From Anaerolineae bacterium (GTDB taxonomy: Bacteria > Chloroflexota > Anaerolineae > S140-20): a stretch of DNA of 64,000 nt. Made by a program: the position numbers and the translations under genes. The notes beneath the pieces were generated by a model. The model made no database searches. It had not been told where the DNA came from and saw nothing but the letters and a program-made list of their open reading frames with translations. Positions 19,015 through 28,823 of this stretch are shown in pieces. The number at the start of each line of letters is the position of its first letter. The first letter of the stretch is position 1. The DNA lies in contig JALUTT010000176.1 in assembly GCA_027021705.1 (NCBI GenBank), forward strand, positions 13,247-77,246, written 5' to 3'.

Positions 19015-22000
19015 TCAGCAATTCAGTGATTCAGGAGGGTGCAGGATCCGGTCCACGACCTCGGCCAGCCGCTCCATGCTGGGCGGTTTGGACAGCCAGT
19101 CTACGACGCCCGCAAGAAGCGGGGCCTGGACCGCTTCGCCCAGCGGATAGCCCGTCAGCACCACGATCTTCAGTGAGGGTTTCCGCTTCCGCAGGGCGTA
19201 GATCAGCGGTATCCCTCCCATCTCCGGCATCACCAGGTCGCTCAGCAGCAGGGCGATCTCGTCCGCGTGCTGTTCGAAGACCGCCAGCGCTTCCCGCCCG
19301 TGGGCCGCTTCCAACACCCGATAGTTCAGCATCTCGAGGATCTCCCGCAGCGCTGATCGGGTGGCTTGATCATCCTCCACCACTAGGATGGTCTCCCCCC
19401 GGCCCCGGGGCAGATCCGTCCCCTTCACGACGGGGAGCTCCCCCTGCGCCACGGTCAGGGCGGGCAGGTAGAGGCTGAAAGTGGTCCCCTCCCCCACACG
19501 GCTTTCCACGTCTACGTGTCCCTCGTGCTGCTTGACGATGCCGTAGACCTGGGCCAGCCCCAACCCTGTCCCCTCACCCGGCGGTTTGGTGGTGAAAAAG
19601 GGCTCGAAGATGTGAGGCAGCACATCCTCGGGAATGCCAACCCCGGTATCCGTAACCATCACCCGCACCCACTCCCCCGCCTCCATATCGGGCAGCGGAG
19701 GGACCTCGTCCGGCCCGATCCGCACGCGCTCCAGGCTGATGTGCAGGATACCCCCCTCGGGCATAGCGTCCCAGGCGTTGAAGGCCAGGTTCATCAGGGC
19801 CTGCTGCAGGCGCGTGGGATCAGCACTGACGGTGTACTCGTCGGAGCCGTAGGCGATCTCGACCTGGATGCTCTCCGGCAGGGTTCGGTCCAGCAGCCGG
19901 GTCAGTTCCTTCAGGAAGGGCAGCAGGTCGAGAGGCCGCCGTTCGAGGGGGGAACGGCGGCTGAAGTCCAGAACCTGCTGGATGAGGTTGGCTGCCCGTT
20001 TGGCCTGCTGGACGACGGTGGCAAGGCGCTCCTGGACGCCGGCGGGGAGGTCAGGGTCTTGGAGGGCCATCTGGGTGTAGAGGATGATCACGGCCAGGAT
20101 GTTGTTGAAATCGTGGGCGATGCCGGCAGCCAACTGGCCCACCGCAGCCAAGCGGTCCTGCTCCTGGATGCGCTGCTGGACCTCCCGCTCTCGGGTGACG
20201 TCCCGCAGGATGAGAACCCATCCTTCGTCCTCGGCCACCGGCTGGGCAACCACTTCGAAGATGCGACGGGGAGGTCCCTCCACGGTCACCTCGTGTCCCA
20301 GGCCATCGGAGGGGGTGGTCAGCAGCTCCGCCACAGGCCGCCCGCCCAGTTGGGTGAGGATGTCCCCCACCTTGACCCCGGCCAGCGCCATCAGGTACTC
20401 CCGGGCAGTCGGGTTGGCCAGGAGGATGCGGTGCTGGGCGTTCAGCAGGAGCACGCCTTCGGGCACCGTGTCCATGATCCGCTGGACCTGGTGGGCCTGC
20501 TCCTGAATCCGGGCCAGCAGGTGGGCGTTCTCCAGGGCGGTCGCTGCGGAGTGGGCGAAGAGGTCCGCCAGCGCCCGTCGGGGGGCCGGGAAGGCGTGGG
20601 GTTCGGAAGCCAAGAGGGTCACCACGCCGAACAACCGCTCGCCGGAGGCCAACGGGAGGAGGTAGGCTGAATGGATGGTAGGATCTAGGCGAATCCAGCG
20701 GGAGTCGGCGTGGCAGTCGGGTAGGTAGAGGGGCTGCCGGGTGGAGGCCACCAGCCCCACCAACCCCCGCTCCTCGCCCAGCGGAAAGACCGGCTGGAGG
20801 AACCTCTCCCGGGCATCGCCCAGAGGAGTACCCCAAGTCTCCTCCAACATCAGCACCCGTGTCTGGCTGTCGTAGCGGAAGAAGTGCACCCGCTCGGCGT
20901 TCACTGAGCGCTGCAGCGTCTCCAGGATCACCGAGACGATGTGAGCTGGCGTGGCAGTGGTCATCTCCGACTGGGCGGCCAACATCTGCTCTACAGCATC
21001 GGCCCGCGCTGTCGCTTCGGAGAAGGCCCGGGCGTTCTCGATGGCGATGGCGGCCTGACCGGCCATGGTGCGGAAGAAAGCGATGTCCTCGTCAGCGAAG
21101 ACCTTGGGCCCTGTGGTCAGGATGTGGAGGATGCCGATGGTCCGGTCGCGTACCACCAGGGGCACACCCAGGTAGGAGACCAGCCGTCCATTGCGGATGC
21201 TCCTCCAGTGCATCTGAACCCGGGGGTCCTGGGCCAGGTCGTAGATGATGACAGGCTCCCGCCGTTCGACGAACCAGTGGAGCAGATTCTCCGCCAGGTC
21301 GAATGCCCGCTCTTCGACGACCGTGCCGTTGGGTAGGCGCATGACGAAGACGCCGGCCCAGCGCTGGGCCTCGTCCAGGAGGCTGATGGCCACCGCGTCC
21401 GCCCCCAGCTCCCTGGGCACCCGCTCCAAGACGATGTGCAGGATCTCCTCCAGGTCGAGGCTCTGGATGATGGCGCGGTCAATGGCCCGCAACGTTTGCA
21501 GGCGGGCCAGCCGCTCTCGGGCCTGGCGATAGGTCCGGGCGTGGTCAATGGCCAACGCCAGTTGGTCACCGATGGCCTGCAACGCGCGCACGTCCTGCTT
21601 GTCCAGAGCTTCGTAGCGCCGGCTGGCCACCATCAGCGCGCCCAGCCACTCCCCCTCCCCGCCATCTTGAGGAGGCAGCCATAGGGGAATGATGGCCCAA
21701 GCCTGGATGCCCTCCTGCTTGGCAAACTCAGGGATGAGGCCGGGATCGCTCAGCCGTTCGTGGACGATGCGCGGCTCGCGCATCCAGTCTGGCAAATCAT
21801 CTATCGGAAAGGAAAGCACCTGGGCGCGGAGGTCATCGGGGAGGTCTCGCCAGGCCCGCAGCACCACCTCGTTATTCTGCACCAAGTGGATACCGCCGAA
21901 CTCCACGTTCAGGAAGGCCAGCACCTCGTCTAAGATGCGGTGCAGGCGCTCGTCCAGATCCACGGTGATCAGAGTGGCTCCGAGGATCCGGGCGCGGACG

Positions 22001-23652
22001 GCCAGCTCATCTCGCTGGCGGCGCAACTCCTCCTCCGCCTGCTTCTCCTGAGTGATCTCTTCCAGGCTTCCCTCGTAGTAGAGCAGGTTACCCTCGGCAT
22101 CGCGGACGGCCCGAGCACTATCGCGCACCCAGATGACCGTTCCATCATACCGACGCAACTGGATCTCGAAGCCCTGCACCGTCCCTTCCTGCTCGATCAA
22201 CTGCTGCCACCGAATGCGCACCTGGGGGTCCACGTACAGGTCGGTGACGTTGACCGCGAGCAGGGATGCACGGTCTGGAAAACCCAGGATGGACACCAAC
22301 GCAGGGTTGGCGTCCAGGATCCGCCCATCGGACGTCGAGCGGTAAAGCCCCACGGGGGCACCGTTGAAAAGAGCGCGGTACTGCATCTCAGCCTCCTGAG
22401 TAGCCTGATATTCCTGGGCTCGCTCCAGAGCGATGGTCCCCTGGTTGGCAAGGAGGGTGAGCAAGCGCACTTCATCGGAAGTGAAGGGACGAGGCTGAGC
22501 GTTGTGAACGCGGAGAACGCCCAGAATCCCCGCCTTTCCCCGAAGGGGCACGATGATGCTGCTGACCACACCGCGCTCCTGTAGCCCGGCCAGAGGGGAA
22601 GAGGGGTTGTGCCCCTGCGAGCCGACCTGGCGAAGGGGTTCTCCATGGCGGAAGACATACCCCTCTTGTGACGCCTCGATGGGCACCCGATAGCGACCGT
22701 AGAGGTCCGGGTCCCAGCCAGCGCCTCTGACCAGCACCAACCAGTGCCCTGTGGGGTCTGGAATCATCAGGGAAACGTAATCCACCCGCAGGGCCTTTTG
22801 TACCACCCGAACGGTGGTCTCGATCACCGCGTGAGGATCGGTCAGCCCAATCAGCTCCTGAGAGAAGTCCAACAGAGTGGTCTGCTCCTGGATGCGTGCT
22901 CGGATGCGCGCGCGCATCGCTTCGAAGGAGTAGGCCAACCGTCCCAGTTCGTTGCGCACCCGCACACCGATGGGGTGCTCTAGGTCCCCTTCCTCCATCC
23001 GTTGGACCACCTTCTTCAAGGTGCTGATGGGGTGAAGCACCTGGAGCGTGAACAGCCCATAGCCCACCGCCAGCGCCAGGACTCCAACGAGAAAGTAAGC
23101 CACCTCCAGCCGTGCTATGCGAGCCACCCGGGCCTCAGCCGCCACTTGGTAGAGGCGCACAGCCCGGTCCATCTCCTCTAGGACCGCTTCGGAGAAGTGC
23201 TCCAGATCGGCCATCCCCCGGATAAAAGCAGGGCTGCCCGGTTCACTCTCCAACACGGTCCGGGCAGCTTGGCGCAACGGTCTCCAAGCAGTTTGCACCG
23301 TCTCCAGGGCTGAGTAGAAGGTCGGATCGGTAGCCGGGGGCACGACGACGGTGGCATCGCCGTAGACGATCTCCCCTCCCTCCATCAAAGCACGCAGACC
23401 TTCCTCGAACTGACGCGCCGCTTCCTCTATATCGGCCCGCCGGCCAGAGTCCTGGCCCTTGAGCAGGCTCAACCAAGTTTTCGTGCTGACCCTCTGGCTG
23501 AGCATCCTCTGCCGCCCAGCCAGGTTCACGATCAGGGCATCGCTCTGATGGGCCCGGATGGCCCACAGGTTGGTCCCTACCGAGAGCCCTCCAAGCAGCA
23601 ACAGCGTGACAAAGATGAACCCCGTTGTGACACGAATGGACGGATTACGCAT
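19015..23652 (-). CDS. Hybrid sensor histidine kinase: PilJ/NarX-like sensor, HAMP, several GAF and PAS domains, HisKA, HATPase, REC
   Basis: IVNLAGRQRMLSQR box between two TMs; H-box AHDFNN; FFTTKPPGEGTGLGL; C-terminal receiver (VVEDD, SDLVMP). Confidence 0.92.
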   Translation of the reverse strand: MRNPSIRVTTGFIFVTLLLLGGLSVGTNLWAIRAHQSDALIVNLAGRQRMLSQRVSTKTWLSLLKGQDSGRRADIEEAARQFEEGLRALMEGGEIVYGDATVVVPPATDPTFYSALETVQTAWRPLRQAARTVLESEPGSPAFIRGMADLEHFSEAVLEEMDRAVRLYQVAAEARVARIARLEVAYFLVGVLALAVGYGLFTLQVLHPISTLKKVVQRMEEGDLEHPIGVRVRNELGRLAYSFEAMRARIRARIQEQTTLLDFSQELIGLTDPHAVIETTVRVVQKALRVDYVSLMIPDPTGHWLVLVRGAGWDPDLYGRYRVPIEASQEGYVFRHGEPLRQVGSQGHNPSSPLAGLQERGVVSSIIVPLRGKAGILGVLRVHNAQPRPFTSDEVRLLTLLANQGTIALERAQEYQATQEAEMQYRALFNGAPVGLYRSTSDGRILDANPALVSILGFPDRASLLAVNVTDLYVDPQVRIRWQQLIEQEGTVQGFEIQLRRYDGTVIWVRDSARAVRDAEGNLLYYEGSLEEITQEKQAEEELRRQRDELAVRARILGATLITVDLDERLHRILDEVLAFLNVEFGGIHLVQNNEVVLRAWRDLPDDLRAQVLSFPIDDLPDWMREPRIVHERLSDPGLIPEFAKQEGIQAWAIIPLWLPPQDGGEGEWLGALMVASRRYEALDKQDVRALQAIGDQLALAIDHARTYRQARERLARLQTLRAIDRAIIQSLDLEEILHIVLERVPRELGADAVAISLLDEAQRWAGVFVMRLPNGTVVEERAFDLAENLLHWFVERREPVIIYDLAQDPRVQMHWRSIRNGRLVSYLGVPLVVRDRTIGILHILTTGPKVFADEDIAFFRTMAGQAAIAIENARAFSEATARADAVEQMLAAQSEMTTATPAHIVSVILETLQRSVNAERVHFFRYDSQTRVLMLEETWGTPLGDARERFLQPVFPLGEERGLVGLVASTRQPLYLPDCHADSRWIRLDPTIHSAYLLPLASGERLFGVVTLLASEPHAFPAPRRALADLFAHSAATALENAHLLARIQEQAHQVQRIMDTVPEGVLLLNAQHRILLANPTAREYLMALAGVKVGDILTQLGGRPVAELLTTPSDGLGHEVTVEGPPRRIFEVVAQPVAEDEGWVLILRDVTREREVQQRIQEQDRLAAVGQLAAGIAHDFNNILAVIILYTQMALQDPDLPAGVQERLATVVQQAKRAANLIQQVLDFSRRSPLERRPLDLLPFLKELTRLLDRTLPESIQVEIAYGSDEYTVSADPTRLQQALMNLAFNAWDAMPEGGILHISLERVRIGPDEVPPLPDMEAGEWVRVMVTDTGVGIPEDVLPHIFEPFFTTKPPGEGTGLGLAQVYGIVKQHEGHVDVESRVGEGTTFSLYLPALTVAQGELPVVKGTDLPRGRGETILVVEDDQATRSALREILEMLNYRVLEAAHGREALAVFEQHADEIALLLSDLVMPEMGGIPLIYALRKRKPSLKIVVLTGYPLGEAVQAPLLAGVVDWLSKPPSMERLAEVVDRILHPPESLNC

Positions 23653-24229
23653 AGCCCTTCCCTTCCAGACATCTGCAGGCTCGGCGAGGTCGCCTTCTGC
23701 AAATCGGCTTCGGCCACACCCGCTTTGTCCACCTTGGGCTTGCATCTCTCCTGTGGATGTTTCCAAAGTATACCACAGAAGCGTGCCTGTGCCACCGGCC
23801 GGCACGCCCCCAAGACGGGCGCAGGATGGGTGGGCTCTGGCCTCCCAATAGGACCTCCTTCCTATGACAATCGTCCTATTGGCGTGAGGGCCTTCTGTTG
23901 GTATCATAAGCTTGGCTTCCAGGGCCGGGTGCTGCGAAGCAGACGAGGCGCGGAGAAGAGACCCAAGAGAGCACGCACGCCCCAGGAACTTCGCGGGAAG
24001 AACCCGGCGCTTTCATTTTGCCCGACAGGCGGATAGCCTGGAAAACGGTCCACAGGCCCCCACGATCCCCGCACCGCCCAGACCTGCCTGAGCGGTGCTT
24101 TTTTGTAGAAGCGCGTGCCTTTAGGCAACGCCAAGGGCACATCTTGGAGAGAGCGTGTCGTATCGTCATAGCCGCCCACGATGAGCAGAGGGAGAGTTGT
24201 TGTGGCAAGAATGATAGGAGGGAGAGACA

Positions 24230-27049
24230 ATGCGTGGGTTGAGCAGTGGTTGGAAGTCCGGTCCCTGGATGAGCATCTTGCTGGGAGTGAGTCTGCTGCT
24301 GGTCTCGTTGTCCTTCCAGCCTCAGGCGATGGCGAGTCCCGCCGGGTCTGGGGAGTTAAGCAGTCCTGGGGTTGCCACCAGCGCCAGCGCGGAGGCGCTT
24401 TGGGTGGACGCCGTGCACGGGGATGATGACAACGATGGCCGCACCCCCGCCACGGCCCTGCGCACCCTTCAGAAAGCGGCCGATCTGGCTCAGCCGGGCA
24501 CTACGGTGCACATCCTGCCCGGCATCTACCGGGAGAGTGTTCGACCAGCCCGCAGCGGCACCATCACCGCCCCCATCCGCTACGTCGCCGAGAAAGGACC
24601 CGGCACCGTCATCCTGCGGGGTTCCGAGCCCTCTTCATCGCTCTCGTGGAGGCGACTGACGGAGAACACCATCGGCCTGCCCGAGGATGTGGATCCCTCC
24701 CGGATCTACTACGCCGATCTCTCGGCCTGGAACCTGGACTCCCCGCCCCGTTTCGTCGTCCAACTGGACGAAGCGGGCAACGTGGTGGCCCGCCTGCCGC
24801 TGGCCCGAGAACCCGACTGGCAGGTGGTCACCGAGTGGAAGGTCCACGAGTTCTGGTGGGCAGCCGACGGCGGGTCCGATGTGGCCGGCTGCGATCCGCC
24901 CACCGACCCGGACCCGAAGAACTGCGACCGCCCCTGGCGCTCCACCACCCAGCTCACCGATCGCACCGATGACACGGACCCTCCCGGCATCGAGCCGGGC
25001 AACCTGACGACGCTGGGCGACCTGACGGGGGCCACCCTGGTGGCGATGGATACCAAGCAGGGTCACTACGTCTATCGGCGCACCATCGTGGCCCACGATG
25101 TGGCTGCCGGACGGGTCACCGTGGACCGGATCGCCGAGCACGACTACGGTTCCGGCAACCCCGGTCTGGGCTGGGGAACGAAGTACTATGTGGAAGGGAA
25201 GCCCATCTTGCTCGATCAACCCGGCGAGTGGTGGTATGACCCCGCTACTCGACGCCTCTACCTGTGGCCTCTGGAGGACCAGTCCCCCGCCGACCTCAAC
25301 CTGGAGGTCTCCATTCGGGATATAGGGATCAACCTCAAGAACCGTTCTTATATCGTCTTGGATGGCCTGACCCTGGAGTTCTTCAACGGAGCAGCCATCG
25401 AAGAACGCAACAGCCCCACAGAAGGGTCCCACGGCAACGTAGTCCGCAACGCCACCTTGCGCTACGCCAACCGAGGCCTCTACATCACCCAGGCGGTGCG
25501 GGCTGACGGCTCTCCGGATTGGGTGACCGATGGCTTCACCTTGGAGCAGTCCGAGATCGCCTATATGGACACCCACGGGCTCTACATGACCGGCTGGTGG
25601 GAGCAGGGAGCTGCCTCAGATGCTTTCTCCCGCCCTCCCATCCTCAACACCGTGATCCGCAACAACGAGTTCCACCACTTGGGGTTCCGCTCTGACTGGG
25701 ACAACGCGATAGGACTGCTCTTCCAGTTCCCCCATCGAATCCGCTTCGAGAACAACTACGTCCATCACATCGCTCATAACGGTGTCCAGTTCTCCCGCTC
25801 TGTGATCCAGTCTTCTAAGACCTACGGCTTCGCGGACGAGGAGATCAAGACGGGAGACATCCTGGTCTGGGGCAATCTCTTTGAGAAGACGTGCCAGTTG
25901 ACGACCGACTGCGGAGGGCTGAAGTTCTGGGGCAAGCCCCCCAGCGGTCATGTCTTCCGCGATGTGCTCATCGTCGGCAACGTCTTCCGAGAGATCCGAG
26001 GATGGACTTGGGTCTCGGAGCAACGGGGCCGTTGGTCGGGCGGCGAGGGAAGTCCCGTACAGGGCATGGGGGGCTTCGGCCTCTACGTGGACAACGCCAG
26101 TGGTCTCCACATTTACCGAAACGTCGCGTACCGCAATGCCCATGCCGGCTTTATGCTGGCCGGTGCCTGGCGCGACGGCACGATGATCTTCTACAACAAC
26201 CTGGCGGCCGACTCGTTATACGGATTCAATCTCTCCGGGCAAAGCTACGATACCCGAGGAAGCTGGCAAACCCTGCTGGTCAACAATGCGCTGGTGAACA
26301 ATGAGGGATACGGGTTGCTTATCACTGACAAAGATGGCGAATTCGGCAACTTGCTGGTTGACTACAACCTGTACTGGAAGAACGGCTGGGGGACCGGCTT
26401 GTGGAAGCCGGGCAATATGGCTATCTACCTGGCCAATGCTCCCAACCGACACTACCCAACGATCGAGGCCATTCGGAACGGGACGGGTTGGGAGTACCAT
26501 GGAAAAGAGGGAGATCCGGTCTTCGCCAACTACTCGGCGCAGCGTTCGAGTGAAGCAGGGGAGGAGCAGCCTGACTTCCGCCTTACGGGCGCCAGCGTCA
26601 ACGCTATAGACCAGGGCACGGTGGAGCTGCCGGCCTCGCTGGTGGCGTTGTTGGTCCGCTTCGGCGTCCAGGACGAGCGGCTGGCCGATCGGTACGACAT
26701 CGGGCCTTACGAAACCGGCTACGCCGTGCAGGCGGTCCCCGCTACCGGAGCCGTCCAGCCGGGACGGGCGGTCTACACGCTGCGCACGTTGCCGCCCGAT
26801 GCCGGCGCGACCATCACGCTCAGCACGGAGGACCTGCCCCCGGACGTGGTGGTCGAACTGGAGTCTGCCGAGATCCCACCGAACGGGGAGACGAGGCTGA
26901 CGATGACCAGCCGCAAGGAGGAACCCCAGCAGCCCGGTGAATGGCGCACGGTGACCATCACGGCCACCAACCAAGCCTTCACCCACACGACGACGCTGAA
27001 CCTGCTCGTCGGTGGATGGCGCTTCTACTTGCCCGGGGTCCGCCGGTAA
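24230..27049 (+). CDS. Secreted right-handed beta-helix (pectin lyase-like, DUF1565-type N-terminus) protein
   Basis: Signal peptide; WVDAVHGDDDNDG...TLQKAA; PGEWWYD; Asn-rich beta-helix repeats; YDIGPYE; C-terminal FYLPGVRR. Confidence 0.8.
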   Translation: MRGLSSGWKSGPWMSILLGVSLLLVSLSFQPQAMASPAGSGELSSPGVATSASAEALWVDAVHGDDDNDGRTPATALRTLQKAADLAQPGTTVHILPGIYRESVRPARSGTITAPIRYVAEKGPGTVILRGSEPSSSLSWRRLTENTIGLPEDVDPSRIYYADLSAWNLDSPPRFVVQLDEAGNVVARLPLAREPDWQVVTEWKVHEFWWAADGGSDVAGCDPPTDPDPKNCDRPWRSTTQLTDRTDDTDPPGIEPGNLTTLGDLTGATLVAMDTKQGHYVYRRTIVAHDVAAGRVTVDRIAEHDYGSGNPGLGWGTKYYVEGKPILLDQPGEWWYDPATRRLYLWPLEDQSPADLNLEVSIRDIGINLKNRSYIVLDGLTLEFFNGAAIEERNSPTEGSHGNVVRNATLRYANRGLYITQAVRADGSPDWVTDGFTLEQSEIAYMDTHGLYMTGWWEQGAASDAFSRPPILNTVIRNNEFHHLGFRSDWDNAIGLLFQFPHRIRFENNYVHHIAHNGVQFSRSVIQSSKTYGFADEEIKTGDILVWGNLFEKTCQLTTDCGGLKFWGKPPSGHVFRDVLIVGNVFREIRGWTWVSEQRGRWSGGEGSPVQGMGGFGLYVDNASGLHIYRNVAYRNAHAGFMLAGAWRDGTMIFYNNLAADSLYGFNLSGQSYDTRGSWQTLLVNNALVNNEGYGLLITDKDGEFGNLLVDYNLYWKNGWGTGLWKPGNMAIYLANAPNRHYPTIEAIRNGTGWEYHGKEGDPVFANYSAQRSSEAGEEQPDFRLTGASVNAIDQGTVELPASLVALLVRFGVQDERLADRYDIGPYETGYAVQAVPATGAVQPGRAVYTLRTLPPDAGATITLSTEDLPPDVVVELESAEIPPNGETRLTMTSRKEEPQQPGEWRTVTITATNQAFTHTTTLNLLVGGWRFYLPGVRR

Positions 27050-28823
27050 GGCGATCAGAGCCGTGGAGGCGGATGTGCTCGTGCAAACGCTGCTGTTGCA
27101 GACGTGCCATACGGGCGTACAGGCCATCCTCCTCGGCCAGCAGGGCGGTGTGTGAACCCCGTTGCGCGACGCACCCCTGGTGGAGCACCACGATCTCGTC
27201 CATCGCTTCCAGCCCCACCAGGCGGTGCGTCACCCACAACACACCACGCCCCTGAGTGGCCTGCAACAGCACGTCCACCAGGGCCTGCTCGGTGAGGGCA
27301 TCCAGGTTGGCCGTCGGTTCGTCCAGCAAGAAGAAAGGTGCCTCGCGCAGCAGGGCTTGAGCCAAGGCCAGACGCTGGCGCTGGCCGCCGCTCAACTGCA
27401 CCCCCTGAGCACCGACGTCGGTGTCGTAGCCCTGGGGCAGGCTGTGGATGAACTCGTAGAGCTGCGCCTGTCGGGTCACCTCGTCCAACATAGCCGGCGT
27501 GGCATCGGGCCGGGCCAGGAGCAGGTTCTCGCGGATGGTGCCGCTGAACAGGAAGGGGCGCTGGGCCACCACGGCGAAGAGGCGACGGAGGTCCTCGACG
27601 GCGTACTCCCGCAGGTCGTGCCCGTTGAGCCAGACCCGGCCACGCTGGTAATCCCAGAAGCGCAGCAGCAGCGCGATGAGGGTGGACTTGCCCGCTCCGC
27701 TGGGACCCACCACAGCGATGCGCTTGCCCTCTTCCAAGGTCAGGGAGAGGTCCTGCAACACCCACGGATCCTCGGGAGTGTATCGGAACCAGACACCCTC
27801 CAGGCGCAGCACGGGGCGCACGGCGGGGAGGGGACGGGGCGTGGGGGGATCCTGCACCTCGGGCCGAGCTTCCACGAGGGTGAACAGACGGCGGGCAGCA
27901 GCCAGGTTGGCATCCAGGAACGAGGCGGCGGTGGAGAGGCCCATCGCCGCCTCGAAGCTGCTCAGGGCCATCAGGACCAGGGCAACCCACACCACCCCTT
28001 CCAGGCCGCCGCTGCGCACCAAGGGGATCCCCAGGACCAGCACCGCCAGCATCCCCAGCCCGGAGAGCAAGACCTGCAGGGCCTGTTCGATGCCTTCTAG
28101 GGCGGCCAGACGGGCCTGAAGGGCCAGCAAACGGTCGCCCGCACGGTTGGCCTCGTCCCGCAGGTGGGGGGCGTGGCCGCTGACCAGGGCGTCGGCCAGG
28201 CCCTGGACGCTGTCCACCAGGGTGGCGTTCAGGACACCCCGGGTCGCCACGAGCCGGGGGCCGAGGGTTCTGGCCTGCCGGCGCACCCAGACCGGCACAA
28301 CCACCGCCGCCAGCAGGAAGCAACCCAGCCAGGCCCAGCCCATCGCCGGCGAGAAGGTCCCCAAAAAGCCGCCGATGAGCAGGGCGGTCAGCGCCGCCAC
28401 CAGGGGCGGGGCCAGCACCCGCACGAAGAAGTGCTCCAGGGTGCGGATGTCGCCGACGATGCGGGCCAGGAGGTCCCCGCTGCGATAGGCCTGCAGCCGC
28501 GCGGGGGCCAGGGGTTCCAAGGCAGCGTAGAACCCCACGCGCAGGCGGGTGAGCACACGAAAGGTGGTGTCGTGGGAGACCAGGCGCTCGGCATAGCGGA
28601 AGACGCCCCGGGCGATGCCGAAGAAGCGCACACCGACCACGGCGACCTGGAGCGCGCCGAGGGGTGGGCGCAGGGCTGCACGGGCGATGAGGTACGCACC
28701 GGTTCCCAACAGGCCCACGCCGCTGAGCACCGTGGCGGTGCCCAGGATCACTGCCAGCAGTACGCGGCGACTTTCGGGCCACACCAGCCCGAGGAGGCGG
28801 CGCAACACCTGACGGGTGCTCAT
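26979..28823 (-). CDS. cydC: Thiol-reductant/heme ABC exporter CydC
   Basis: VRFFGIARGVFRYAERLVSHD, Walker A GPSGAGKST, LSGGQ. Confidence 0.93.
   Translation of the reverse strand: MSTRQVLRRLLGLVWPESRRVLLAVILGTATVLSGVGLLGTGAYLIARAALRPPLGALQVAVVGVRFFGIARGVFRYAERLVSHDTTFRVLTRLRVGFYAALEPLAPARLQAYRSGDLLARIVGDIRTLEHFFVRVLAPPLVAALTALLIGGFLGTFSPAMGWAWLGCFLLAAVVVPVWVRRQARTLGPRLVATRGVLNATLVDSVQGLADALVSGHAPHLRDEANRAGDRLLALQARLAALEGIEQALQVLLSGLGMLAVLVLGIPLVRSGGLEGVVWVALVLMALSSFEAAMGLSTAASFLDANLAAARRLFTLVEARPEVQDPPTPRPLPAVRPVLRLEGVWFRYTPEDPWVLQDLSLTLEEGKRIAVVGPSGAGKSTLIALLLRFWDYQRGRVWLNGHDLREYAVEDLRRLFAVVAQRPFLFSGTIRENLLLARPDATPAMLDEVTRQAQLYEFIHSLPQGYDTDVGAQGVQLSGGQRQRLALAQALLREAPFFLLDEPTANLDALTEQALVDVLLQATQGRGVLWVTHRLVGLEAMDEIVVLHQGCVAQRGSHTALLAEEDGLYARMARLQQQRLHEHIRLHGSDRLTGGPRASRSAIHRRAGSASSCG

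Noticed and set aside
23653..24229. Possible riboswitch or sRNA between the kinase and beta-helix genes
   Set aside because: Only weak stems, with no recognisable aptamer consensus
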